This document shows positions 11,387 through 23,046 of a DNA stretch of 64,000 bases, piece by piece (within the stretch, counting starts at the first letter, position 1; every line of letters begins with the position of its first letter). The stretch covers positions 186,001 through 250,000 of the forward strand of contig SMSO01000007.1 in assembly GCA_004764695.1 (NCBI GenBank). The letters are read 5' to 3'. The DNA is from Schizochytrium sp. TIO01 (lineage: Eukaryota; Protista; Bigyra: Labyrinthulomycetes). The position numbers and the translations under genes are program-made. Under the pieces are notes generated by a model, which was not told where the DNA came from, did not search any database, and worked only from the letters and a program-made list of their open reading frames with translations.

Positions 11387-12934
11387 ATGTCAGGAGCGAA
11401 AATAGAGGAGTTGGAGAAATCCCTCCTTAGGCTGAAGGTTGTCGACTTAAAGTTGCTACTGAAGAAGTATGGTCTGCCTAGATCTGGCAACAAGTCTTCA
11501 CTTATGCTGAGGCTAGTCGAATACGCTGACCGGTTTGGTCAAGTGGATGAAATTCAGGAGGCCGCGAAAAACCCTCATGACAACGGCGATGAGATCAACT
11601 TGAGTTATAACAGCGCTTTTTTACGCCAGGCTTTGCATTCTCTGGACAGCAGCAGCACCAACCCCCAAAGTCTTGCTATGGACCAAGAAATAGCCCTGGG
11701 AAAGCTTAGAAAAGTTGCTGAGAGCGATCCTTTTGCGAGGCTCGAAAGTGTAGTTCACGAGATGAGCTTGCTTAATAGTAGCACAATGCCAACAGATATT
11801 TACGTTAATACCGCACAGATTCCACGTGAAACGCTTTTGCGCCCAAATACCCAACTATTGGTATATTGTGTACAGATTGCCAAGGGCAGAAAACAAATTG
11901 ATGAGGAGAAGAAGGCCGCGAAAAATGGTCGACCGGTTAAGGTCGAGGATTTCACTGTTCGCTGGCCGCCAGCTGTGACTGTCAATGTGAACAATAGCCC
12001 AGTGAAAGTTTTACAGCAAGCACCAGATGGCCGTTTGAGGATAAAGGCAGTTCGAGAACGTCCAGCAGATATTACCCAATTTGTCACATCTAGCCATAAT
12101 CCAAGCGTCAATTTGCAGATCATAGCTCCATACTGTGACCAACATGATGAAGGTGCGCGTTTTGCAGTCTCTGTAGTACTTTCCAAAAAACTTACTACTG
12201 ATGTGCTTATGGGAGCAATACCTGACTGTCCACGGGAGCGAACCCAAGAACTTGTGCGCATGGTCTTTGGTGATGGCGAAATTGAAATGAGCCCAATCTA
12301 CCTTGGCCTTAAAGACCAGGTTACGTTGATGATGATTGAGGAACCAGTGCGTGGACTCTCTTGTAACCACGTTCAATGTTTCGACGCGCGTTCCTATTTG
12401 AGCTTTCAGAGTTCTGTGAGAAACGCTAATTTTCGCTGCCCTGTGTGCGATAAGCATCCTGTTCTCCCAAATCAATTAGTCAAAGATCCGTGGTTTGCTG
12501 AGATCCTGCAGGAAATCGAAAAGTCAGGGAATGACGTGGAAAAGGTTGAACTATTCGAAGATATGACTTGGAGACCCTATGTGGAAGGGAAGACGCCGCA
12601 TATTACCAATTCTTCATCTTCGTCTTCGTCTTCCTCTGCCCCAATTGACAAGGATTCTGGTCATAGTCTTAGTATTGATAGCAACAGTAATGATGCAAGC
12701 GACGAGAACCTTGCCGATAAACAGGGTCTGGAAGGATCAATTGCGCTTGACAGAAGTACAGAGATAATGGAGGACCCTTTGACCCAGCTCCTCCACGGAA
12801 AATCCTCTTTGAAGCGTCCGCCATCTCCCATGTTCTCAGATCGTAGACCCGAACCTCCAAGATCACCTCCCCCTTTGCCTAGCAAACAGAGCGATGATGT
12901 TATCGAACTTCTTGATTCTGATGATGAGGATTAA
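11387..12934 (+). CDS. SIZ1: SIZ/PIAS-family SUMO E3 ligase (SAP domain, PINIT-like region, SP-RING/MIZ zinc finger, C-terminal SIM)
   Basis: SAP: LLRLKVVDLKLLLKKYGLPRSGNKSSLMLRL. SP-RING: PVRGLSCNHVQCFD...FRCPVCDK...LVKDPWFAEIL. PINIT-like WPPAVTVNVN...RPADIT. Terminal SIM plus acidic tail DDVIELLDSDDED. Confidence 0.9.
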   Translation: MSGAKIEELEKSLLRLKVVDLKLLLKKYGLPRSGNKSSLMLRLVEYADRFGQVDEIQEAAKNPHDNGDEINLSYNSAFLRQALHSLDSSSTNPQSLAMDQEIALGKLRKVAESDPFARLESVVHEMSLLNSSTMPTDIYVNTAQIPRETLLRPNTQLLVYCVQIAKGRKQIDEEKKAAKNGRPVKVEDFTVRWPPAVTVNVNNSPVKVLQQAPDGRLRIKAVRERPADITQFVTSSHNPSVNLQIIAPYCDQHDEGARFAVSVVLSKKLTTDVLMGAIPDCPRERTQELVRMVFGDGEIEMSPIYLGLKDQVTLMMIEEPVRGLSCNHVQCFDARSYLSFQSSVRNANFRCPVCDKHPVLPNQLVKDPWFAEILQEIEKSGNDVEKVELFEDMTWRPYVEGKTPHITNSSSSSSSSSAPIDKDSGHSLSIDSNSNDASDENLADKQGLEGSIALDRSTEIMEDPLTQLLHGKSSLKRPPSPMFSDRRPEPPRSPPPLPSKQSDDVIELLDSDDED

Positions 12935-15900
12935 ACGGTATCTCTTGCTATAAGACTTCGTTTCCGTTGCTATTGAACTACTTGCCCCAATGTCATACTT
13001 TTATTTCACATCTTTCTCATCGTTTATTCACCGATTCAGTCATTTGGTCATTCTTAAAACTTATGTTTGTTTGCCTCAATTATAGGTATTTTGTCCCCTT
13101 TTCCTTTTTCTTTGGGTTTTGGTAGAGCAGAAAGGCTTGCGCATTTTTTCCCCTCTCAGTCTTTGCTGACCTATTGTATCCACTACTGTTCGTTTCGTGG
13201 TGTCGGACTGGGACCGTCTCTAATGTGTTCTTAAATTTTGTATGCACATTACCAGCAGTGAAATTGCAGTTTTATCTACATATACTGAAAAGGTTCAAGT
13301 ATTGAAGAGGATACCCTCAAGTAGTTGATGATACAAATTAGAAGCTACGACACCTGGCTTATCGCGCGAAGGCAATAAGTAGCAAGATGAAAATCAATAT
13401 TACACAAGTCATTCTAATTTCACATGACACATTTATCTTCTCAACTTTCCTTCGAGGTTTCACAATTGATATTCTGCATATGTGCAGACTGATTGACTCC
13501 TTCATTGCCATCTGGTTCTCCAGGCCTATAAAGAAACACATTCAAAACTCTTAGAACTTCCCCTGGTTTGCTTAAACCTCTTTAGATCTCGTTCACGCGT
13601 ACTCCTGTATTTGATGATCTCAGCAGTGTGGGCGGTTCTTGTTTATAGAGTGGACAGGGGAGCTAAAGGAACGATAGTTTCGTGCCAATCTTTTTAATTA
13701 TTCAGGGTGGGGGTAAGGAGGGGCACTTGCCACACCTGCAAAAGGTACACGCTTCTCCATGCTCGGATATTTGTAGTGATAAGAGTACTACATGTACTGA
13801 GATCAACATCAAAATAAGCAATACAGAATGGTTCATTGACAACCCTCTGCAATCCCAAGAGCATATGAAAGGGGAATAGATGATGAACAATGGAAGTGAT
13901 TATGCAAGCCACGGTAAAGATCAAGATAAACTTTCTGACCCTAGCACCCTTAAGAACGTCTCTCAGGTGATGAACAATCACAACAATTATGGTTTCGACC
14001 TCCACTGCACTCCTAGATTTGAGACAATTCGTTTGAGTAGTCATAGTGGAGCTGCTGAAAATGCATCTGGCAGTAGTGAGGCTATAACAGTCAATCAAAG
14101 TACCTCATTTGTACCAAGATAGACTTCCGCTCTACTGAGGGTGGTACAGTTCTTGTTCGTTATCTATCACCATTAAATGTCATCAGCTCCTCAGGGGAAT
14201 CTGAAGCAGCAGCAGATGCAAAAGTCTCTCAGAAACGAATTGTTGATAATGAAAACCGTTCTTATATTTAGATAAAACTTTGATCTGGTAGACTTTGGAA
14301 AAAGAAGGATAAAGTGTGAGAATAGCTGAATGAAAGGTACTTAAAAAGAGGGGTGTAAGTTCGCCGATGTCTAAAATAGCAAAAAAAAGAAAATCTCTAA
14401 TGACCCTGTTATTCAGCCTAGACCAGATACGTAATTTGCGCATTACTGTCAACTTGGTTTGCAAAAAAAAGCAAATTTTGAAGCTGTGTGTTGCAATGCA
14501 ATTGAAATACTCCCTCAATATAGCTGTTCAGGTGTTTGCTCAGACGATTGCCCTGCTAGAAATGATGCGGCAATAAGTCTATACGCACAGCCATTACAGG
14601 AGGATAGCTACATGATTTGAGCAGATACCACAGATTTTAAACCTGTTGATGTAAACCTCAATAACTCAACAAGAAAAGCGGGAGCAACACCGGAATTGTA
14701 AGTGTGAATCAACCCGCACCTGTATTTAGCGATATATATGCGAGTAACTTGGAGGTAGATACGAAATTAATGAAGGCCCGCATCAAACTGTATGCCAGTG
14801 GCCTATGAAAACAAAAGCCTTTTTCTTTCACCTATCTACGAAGTAAAGCATAGAAGGTTCAATACGCTAAAAAGAGACGCATATTTATATTTTAGCAATC
14901 TCATAGAAGCCCTTCAGGAGTGTGTGGTCATGTTGCTCAACTAACCTCCTAGGTTTGTACAAGCAAAATCTGAAGATGTAGCGTCGACCGAGCATACCAG
15001 CAAACCAGAAGGTAGGCCTCTAACCGACCAAGTTCCTTTAACAAAAGTCAGCGGCGCGATGAAACCTGTGAAAGATATAGCAACCTCTTGGACAGAGATA
15101 GTTTAGAAAGTGAATCGTATGTCTTGGGTGCTTTGTTTTGCACCAAGTACTACTATAGCCACAATGGAACATCTTTCTGAAAAAAATTCTTTTAACAGAT
15201 GCATCTGGGAGTAATACGCTCTATATTCAATGTATACTTTATCATCACACATGGATACTGTCCTCTAAGCTCATCGCTTATTAGTCGGGAATGAGGATGC
15301 TAAAGGCTGGATTTATTTCACTACCGTTCTCAAGAAGATATACCATACGCTCGACCACCCTCCTACGTCTGTTATATCTGATCAGCAAAATTACATTTCG
15401 AAAGTGTTAATGAATTACCATCCAACCATGCTGGTATCGATTCTGACAGCAAAAGTAATATCCTTTTTGGATCAATTTCCTTGTCCCTGCGATCAAGTAT
15501 TTCGTAAAACCTCACAATTGGTGTATCAAATGCTGGTCGCTGTACCCTCGAAGCCCGGACAACCACAGAATAAATGTATTCAAAGCTCATAGCTAGACGA
15601 CACAAAAAGGCGGCCAGCCGGTCATTCATGCAGTGTTGCCTGGTGGAGGGCGTGGAGGCCCAGGCTATTGAGAAAACCAGTTTTCCAAATCTATCTGTAC
15701 AAAGGTGCTGCAGTCTCTCGAGGTTTAAGGCAATGAAGACTATTTCGGAATTTATTTTCATAATTTCAAGGAGGAATGGTAGGAGCCAACAATTTTTGTT
15801 TGGACTTCACCATAAGAAGTACTGGTTTACATTGCCTCAGGCTGAAAAAAGGCCCTTCATTTTTGATGAGCTATTTAGTCTCGTTTTGGTCCTACGACGG

Positions 15901-17713
15901 ATGAAAATAGCGCTTTTGTTTTGGTTGACGGGTGGTTGTAGGTCCGCATTCGCTCTGTATTACATTTCAAAGTTCACGCTTTCTGTGCAGGGCATGTACA
16001 TCTTCCATGCTGACGTGAGCTCATCAACAAAAAAAACTCGTGGAAAGGAATGAAGGAGAAGTCCGAAAATCCTCCTTCTATAAGTATGGAGCTAGGCAGG
16101 CAGAAATTCGGGGCGAAGATCTACTTCTTCTTACAAATTGTTGTGATGGCGAGTTTTCTGATATGCGTTTTATAAGACATCTGGCCCATTCTGTGGAGTA
16201 CGAGGAGACATTTCGCTTTTAATTTACAACTCTTTCTGAGTTTTGTCACCAAATTTGACAAGAACACATACCAATGACTCTCCTCTGCTACCGCTGGGAA
16301 TGTTTACGTGTACAATCACCGTATCTCCTCACAAGACATATACAATGTGATTTTATAATGAATAGAAATAGAGCTATAGTCACTTATTTACAAGCACGTT
16401 TTCAGATATTGGCTTAAAGACTTAGGTACCTCATAAAGGAATAAATTAATCATGGAAAGCAAGCAAGCAGTTTTGAGCTACCTCTCAGAAGTTTGAGTTG
16501 CTCGATAATAACTAGAAGTACAGAACATTTACACCTTTTCTAACCAACCGAATGAAAAGGACGATTCGAAGTTCTTGTTCTGGAACTTTTATCCGAAGTA
16601 TTTTGATAAAGGGACACCCCCCAAAACACCATTTCACTATAAGTTGTAAGGTGATTGAAAGCATCTTTTGCATTGAAGTTGATATGAATATGATGTAGTC
16701 TCAGCCTCCCTTTAAGCTTTATCTGCAATCCGAGTAAAATGATATATACTGAGGCTCGTATGTATCGTTCTTGTGAGTATTTTGAAGTCGCTAGATTAGC
16801 TGCGAGCGAATCATATAGAGGAAAATTTTCGAGGCCTATATTGATAGGCTTTCGTCGTGGATCTGATAATTGAATATCAACTGCAGCGTCTAGGAAGACC
16901 ACAATTTGAAAAGTGCTAATATTTTGTATGTGAGTTCCACGTAGCAAATCTTCAGCATATGATGTAAATTTCGATGGAAATCGACGGCTTTGTTAGAGCA
17001 CCGCATGCCGGAGTAAACTACCCAGGGATTAAGAGGTCAGAATGCCAAGTTGAAATGCTTGCAGGAATTACATCTTTGGTTTGAATAGAACAATGTTCTA
17101 GAACACTCCATCAACCCTCCGTACTAAATCAGAGTCGTTCTGTGGGCGACTTTTTTTGTTTTCACCTCCAATCTACTATGGACTACTTTTAAAACATGTA
17201 GCCGTGGTCCGGTAATGGAAACAATACTATAACGAATATCTTGACTCAGTTCACTATGCTACAAGACATCGTGCAGCAACATCACGTTCGGAAGTGAAAA
17301 GATTTGTCAATTGAAGAAGCACACTGCTAATAGTCAATTATGTCAAACTACAACTACCAGGGCAGAGAACTAATGGCATATATATATATACTTCTACTAG
17401 CTGTTGCTTTTCATCATAGATTCCCCGTGTTTCCTTGAGGCGTCTGCCCCCACCATTAGCTAACCGACTCATTAGATACATTTAAATTCATAAAAACAAA
17501 GTGTTGTAATGCTTTTGACTAAGCAATATATAACTTCAACTTTGTTTTATATTTGAGAGAAAATTAATGGATTTGGTTCCCTACTAACCTACCTACCTAC
17601 CTACCTACCTACATGAACCTATCATATGATGCGCAAAATTCTTTCTTAATCAAAAGAAAGGCTGAGAGGGCACGAGAGTTCTTTCGTTCAGTGTCCGAAT
17701 CGCTCTCAAAGAT

Positions 17714-17820
17714 CAAGTAACACTTTTCTTTTCTATTCTTAAGGACTTTTGAGAGCACATGGAAAGCTCAAGTTACACTTTTCTTTTCTATTCTTGAGGA
17801 CTTTTGAGAGCACATAGAAA
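17714..17820. repeat. Local tandem duplication, ~55-bp unit x2
   Basis: CAAGT[A/T]ACACTTTTCTTTTCTATTCTT[A/G]AGGACTTTTGAGAGCACAT[G/A]GAAA occurs twice in tandem. Confidence 0.85.
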
Positions 17821-18569
17821 ATGCTACTTCCTTAATTTAAAGTGTTTTTTAATTTCGACTTGGAAGAGCGACGTGATGAATAAGAGGCAAATATTAAGAC
17901 TCTACGTAGACATGGGCATCCTTACAATCTGATGATCGGAGCGAAAGTCCGAATCTATAGCAATAGAGGCATATCTCAGCACAGCCTCAGAGATGATTAG
18001 TGGTCGCCCGCTCTACTGTAGTTTGACAGGCACCTAATACAATTCTCTCTGTAGTTCTGTTTGCAGCCGCTCTCACTACTGAGTTAATTTTTTTTCACAT
18101 GGCAGATAGAGATTTTTAAAATACTACTATTGGAAGAAGTGGCCCTTTAGAGTGGAACTGTTTGGTTCATGTTTTTTAGAAGGTAGTGGAATAGGGAAAT
18201 CATCATCAGAAGTATCAAAGTAGCTCAATCGTACTCAAAACTAGTATGGTGATTTTGAGAAGAAGAGCCAAAACAACCAATGTTAACAATAAGAGATTCA
18301 AGTTCTAGATAGAACATTACAATTCGTTTTTTTAATAACTCGAAAAAGGTTTTTAAAACGAAAAATCACATAATCTGAATAATTTGAGAGCTTTTGGTAT
18401 TTAGTTTAGAGAGGGAAGGCCCATATTAAAACCCGTTTGTAACTCCTTGAGAGCTTCTTCGTCACCAACTTTAATGAAAATATGAAAGCCAATGCAAAAC
18501 CAAAACCAACACCAGAACCAGATTGGGCATGGAAAGACAGACCACGAGCATCACGGTTGCCGAGGAACC

Positions 18570-20372
18570 ATGAGTAGCGAAGGAGCAGGGAGCTCGAGCA
18601 ACAACAAGGCGAAGTCCAAACCATTCGTCGATTTGTGCCACTTTGATGATAGCGATAGCGATAGCGATAGCGATAGCGATGACGACCACGACCAGGGCAA
18701 CACGGAATCCCACGACTCCTCTGACCCGCTAAAACATGAGCAAGACGAACCTGGACCATCTTTGCAGCGTACAGGAGCGTCGAGCTCGTGTACTCAAGCT
18801 CAAGGTGCAGAGTCTGAGTCTGAATCTGCAGAAGAAAAGCACAACCATGAAGAAATACTGAACAACTGCTTTGATAATGAAGCAGATAGCAGCGGGCCAG
18901 CGGATGAAGCAGATGGCAGCGGGCCAGCGGATGAAACAGATAACGGCACAGTGGGGAACGACGCAGCTCGAAGAGAGACTGCTGTCCCAAGTAACACAGC
19001 AAAGATAACTAAAGGTCCCCAAGCTCAACGTCGAATTTCTAAATCGCCCAATTCTCCCGATTTGGTGAAAAAGACCAGAACTCTGCTTATGAAAATCGTC
19101 GACTATTTTCTTGATGAGTCGGACTCTCCTCTGGATGTAAAGGTTGATTTTTACCAGATAGACAACGGCACAAAACTAAAGCTGAACAATGATGAGGTCT
19201 CTGCAAGAGATGTCGGACTGACACCTGGGCTTCTGTGGAGAAGTCTCAATACCCTTGCTCTTAACATGAACGTTGATGAAGATAAAAGAACAGAAGCACT
19301 CAACGAAGTCCTTGCCATGGACAATCAGGGGTTCAAAATCGAGAAGTTTGAGGCATGTGAAGGAAGGGAGGACAATCTGATTGGGTCGTTTAAGATTCAC
19401 TTAAATGAAGGAAAGGCTTCCGGAAAACCACGCGTGGCTGGTACTAAACATGCTCAGAGCGAATCGGATAAAAACGAAGGAAAGGCTTCGGATGATGAGG
19501 ACTCAAATGAGGATCAGGATTCGCTCCGCCGCTCAAGCCGTCGCCAGACAAAAACCTCATTTTATCATAACACTGAGCACTGTCGCGGTTCTAAACGCAA
19601 ACAAGAAACAGATGAGGACGCAGATGATGCAACGGATCGAACTTCGCGCCGCCGTTCAAGCCGAAAGGCTTCGGATGATAAGGACTCAAATGAGGATCGA
19701 ACTTCGCGCCGCCGTTCAAGCCGTCCCCAGTTGCAAACCTCATTTCGTCATAACACTGAACATTGTCACGGTTCTCAACGCGAACAAGAAACGGATGCTG
19801 AAGCAGACACTTTGTCCAAGAAGGCTCAAACCCAATTCGTCAGTAGCAGTAGCTGCAATGTTAAGAACTCCGCGACCACTAGTCGTAGTGATGATGATAG
19901 CATCAGTAACCAGAGTAATAGCGATGATGAGGTCATCAGTCATAGTGGGGGAAGCAACACAAGCAGCACCAACCAAAGTGATACAGCTTCCATCAATACG
20001 TCTACGTCTGGCACACCCTCAATCGAAACTGCTCAAAACAATATTGCAAACGAAGCTGTTGCTTGGAGAAGATTCAACATGTTGTATTCGGCGATTTCCC
20101 AATATAAAAAGCCTCGGCACTTAAAAGAGATGCTTTTAGAATTAAAGAGCGAAGATGATGTTAGGAAAACACTCGAATTGTGGTTCAGAAACAATTCCAG
20201 TGATACAATGATTCAGCTCGTACACGAGCTTCTTATAGAAGAAGGTGAAGAAGACAATTCTAGGATAATACAATTGTTTTATGAAATGGCTCCTCGTGTT
20301 TTAAAACATTCGTTCGAAAACCTCATGAAAAAGGAATTCGCAGACGCCTTAAGGTTACCCAGATTAGCATGA
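18570..20372 (+). CDS. Uncharacterised acidic/low-complexity protein, array copy A (SIM-like PFVDLC + DS run, central globular domain, RRSSR repeats, C-terminal helical domain)
   Basis: Intact ~600-codon ORF with two paralogues in the array. The ATG at 18570 is positionally conserved with those at 23047 and 28405; an upstream in-frame ATG at 18492 is possible. Confidence 0.8.
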   Translation: MSSEGAGSSSNNKAKSKPFVDLCHFDDSDSDSDSDSDDDHDQGNTESHDSSDPLKHEQDEPGPSLQRTGASSSCTQAQGAESESESAEEKHNHEEILNNCFDNEADSSGPADEADGSGPADETDNGTVGNDAARRETAVPSNTAKITKGPQAQRRISKSPNSPDLVKKTRTLLMKIVDYFLDESDSPLDVKVDFYQIDNGTKLKLNNDEVSARDVGLTPGLLWRSLNTLALNMNVDEDKRTEALNEVLAMDNQGFKIEKFEACEGREDNLIGSFKIHLNEGKASGKPRVAGTKHAQSESDKNEGKASDDEDSNEDQDSLRRSSRRQTKTSFYHNTEHCRGSKRKQETDEDADDATDRTSRRRSSRKASDDKDSNEDRTSRRRSSRPQLQTSFRHNTEHCHGSQREQETDAEADTLSKKAQTQFVSSSSCNVKNSATTSRSDDDSISNQSNSDDEVISHSGGSNTSSTNQSDTASINTSTSGTPSIETAQNNIANEAVAWRRFNMLYSAISQYKKPRHLKEMLLELKSEDDVRKTLELWFRNNSSDTMIQLVHELLIEEGEEDNSRIIQLFYEMAPRVLKHSFENLMKKEFADALRLPRLA

Positions 20373-20872
20373 TGTTGGGAATAGCAACAATCTAACTGCA
20401 TAAATAGGCTATAACTTCTTTCGAATGATATCGTTTTCATTAATTATGTTATCGAAGTATATATATCAAATCAGCCAGTTACCTTTTCCATAGCTTACCA
20501 TTTGTACATCACGCAAAGTCATAGGACATAGAGGTCATTAGACTCAAGCTTGATTATAATGAATCACACAGTGCTGAGATCTCCAGGCGAACGAACTAGT
20601 GGACAAGACATTGCTAGGGCTTACAATAGAGCAAGAGGAGGCAGCCAGATTCATGTGGCTGCCAGAGTCAAGAATCAAAGTGCGACTACATATTACCTAG
20701 ATCCAAGTATAGTGTTATTGGAATCGATAGCTGAAGAGGTTGAATTAACCTAAACCTATCAATCTCGAACACTGTTCAAGAGTATCTAGCTTCCTCAATT
20801 ACTACATGAATTCATCTGACCTGGAATTCATTCACCAGGACAGAAGTTTGCTAACTCTTGAATCAACCTTCA

Positions 20873-21090
20873 TATTGCAGAGTAGCTTGTGCTGTGAAGC
20901 GTGCAGAAGTAGTCTGACAAGAATGGCGAGCTCAGGAGAAAGAGAAAGAGGATGATATATGAGTTATTGGGGTTTGGGGTCTGGTTGCAGGCAGGGATGA
21001 ATGTATGATGTCAGTCCAACGGATAGGAGAACTAGGATAGGATAGGTTTGGTTAGGTTAGGTTAGGCAGTAGCTGTATATTACTTCAATA
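20873..21090 (-). mobile_element. Solo LTR (218 bp) of the Ty1/copia family seen at 47 kb
   Basis: Homologous to 46356-46563 and 47057-47253. Termini TATTG...CAATA, flanked by a perfect 5-bp TSD CTTCA (20868-20872 and 21091-21095). Confidence 0.92.
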
Positions 21091-21779
21091 CTTCATAAAG
21101 CATTCATCAAGACTCTTGCCTTCATCTTTACAGTCAACTTCAAGCTGACCAGAATCAATTTTCAGCGCAGAGCCCTTGTTACATGTGACTATCTGCTATG
21201 AGACATCCACTTCAACCGGATCGAATCGATCCAAGCAACATACTGAAAATAGTATTCATAACAGCTTGAAGTTGAAAGAGAGAATTGATGTACGATAAAC
21301 TTAGAATCATTCATCTTCTTGAACATCTGGATTATTGACCTCCCAATTCAAAAGTCTTGAAGCCTTATCCTCGCGCCTACTTTAGTCTTCAGATGGATCA
21401 ATGATACTGGCTAGATTATTTGATTCTCGAATGGAGGCAAACATTCGAGGAGTAGTTTGCTCAGAAGGCATGGTTACTGGTTTCCTTGCATTATTTGGGT
21501 TAGCAGGCTGGATGTGAGAAAATGAGTAAGCTTTTTGGAGTTCTTCAAACGGCGCACGTGCTCTCCCAAATGCTTGCTGCCCGGAATGCAGCCAGATTTC
21601 ACCAAGTATATGAGCAAACGGTGTCTCAATTGCAAGTTTTTGCGTATTGTAGTAGGGAAGCGATGCCGGGTATTCTCAAGGCACTGTTTGAGAAACTCGG
21701 AAATGGTGTTGCGTATAGTTTTGATACAGCCTTTATTTCTGTAAGTATATTTACGCCCTATAAAAAGCCAAGTGCGATC

Positions 21780-22250
21780 AAATGTGATAATTTTACGAGC
21801 GTCTTTCACAGGACCCATCGACCTTTTTCGTGAGAGATTGCATGGCCGCAATACGGACAGAATACCCGGCTTGTATCTTTTGAAACATCTTGCTTGGGTA
21901 CCAAGCCCCGGCTGCTCTTGCATAGAAGGTCTCTGTTGAGCTCCCAGCCTCACACTTTGGCCACCATAACTAATGATCAGACATGACATACGCATCTTTA
22001 ACAGTCATATGCATGACCTTTTCAGTCACTTCCTTGAGAATTCCATTTCAAATGAGTGATAATCTTCTTTCGCTCTTCCTTGTTTTCCTGATTTTCGTCT
22101 ACTACGCTCTCCTCATCGACAACGCAATCTTGCTCATGACCGGTTTTATCCTCGACAAACTCAGAAGGCTTGTTCGTATCATCTGCTTTTGTTCCATCTT
22201 CTTCTTCTTCTTCCAGCTCGAGCATCTGCCTCTGTTTCCACTCCAGCATC
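21780..22250 (-). pseudogene. Possible decayed fragment of a NOB1-like gene (acidic linker + Zn ribbon)
   Basis: Minus-strand frames give an acidic stretch (LELEEEEEDG...VVDEESVVDENQENKEE), then EKVMHMT and VSKDTSRVFCPYCGHA, resembling the NOB1 motifs ACMT and TxDxSRVFCPxCGx. Several stops and frameshifts. Confidence 0.35.
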
Positions 22251-23046
22251 AGCTATGCTTGCCTTACACAATTGCTAGGTTCGAAACCACCTAACCATCT
22301 GAATCTGCAAACCAATTCAAGAGCTTAGGATGCAGGACCAAATAAACAATACCTGACTCCCGAAACATGGCACCAACCACAACCAATTAATTCATGTGCG
22401 AAGCTCACCATGTGACAGGAATGCGAAATGTACAACCCTTTTCACCATCCTCTCCAGTGTTGTTGTGCCGAAGTTTTATATGACAACACTGTTATCCTAG
22501 TGAGGAGAACGATGAAATTTTTTTCAGAGGTCCTCTCAATATATTAACAACGAAAGCTTCCACTTGAATATGTTACACTCTGTTACTGCAGAAGCGGTGG
22601 CGTGGAGAGGAAGATACTAATTTTGTGATGAAACTCATCACAAGATCAACTATGTGTCCCACTTTGAATTTGACCCTCACATGGAAACATGCTATTCACC
22701 TCTCGAGACAATACCTTAAAGTTGATAAATGCATGAAGTACAGTACAGTCAATAAAGAAAACAAGACTATATTTCAACCAAAGTCATATATGTTTGGTCA
22801 CTTTTTAGTCTCTTAGCACCACCAGCTATAGCCACCTTACCTTAAAGTTAATATTCTCTGTTTCCCATATTCCCCGTGTTCCCATGTTACAAGAACAGGC
22901 CTATCCTCGCAAACTCTTTATGTACGGAGGCCCCCCCAAAAGTAAAAAATTCTTTGTCACAAAAGTAAGAATTCCAAGCACAAGCAGAGCAGAATCAGAT
23001 TGAGGGTGGAAAGACAGTGCATGAGCATCGCGGTTACCGAGAAATC

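Noticed and set aside
22270-22295. GGTTCGAAACC tRNA T-loop-like motif
   Set aside because: The flanks do not form a T-stem or cloverleaf.
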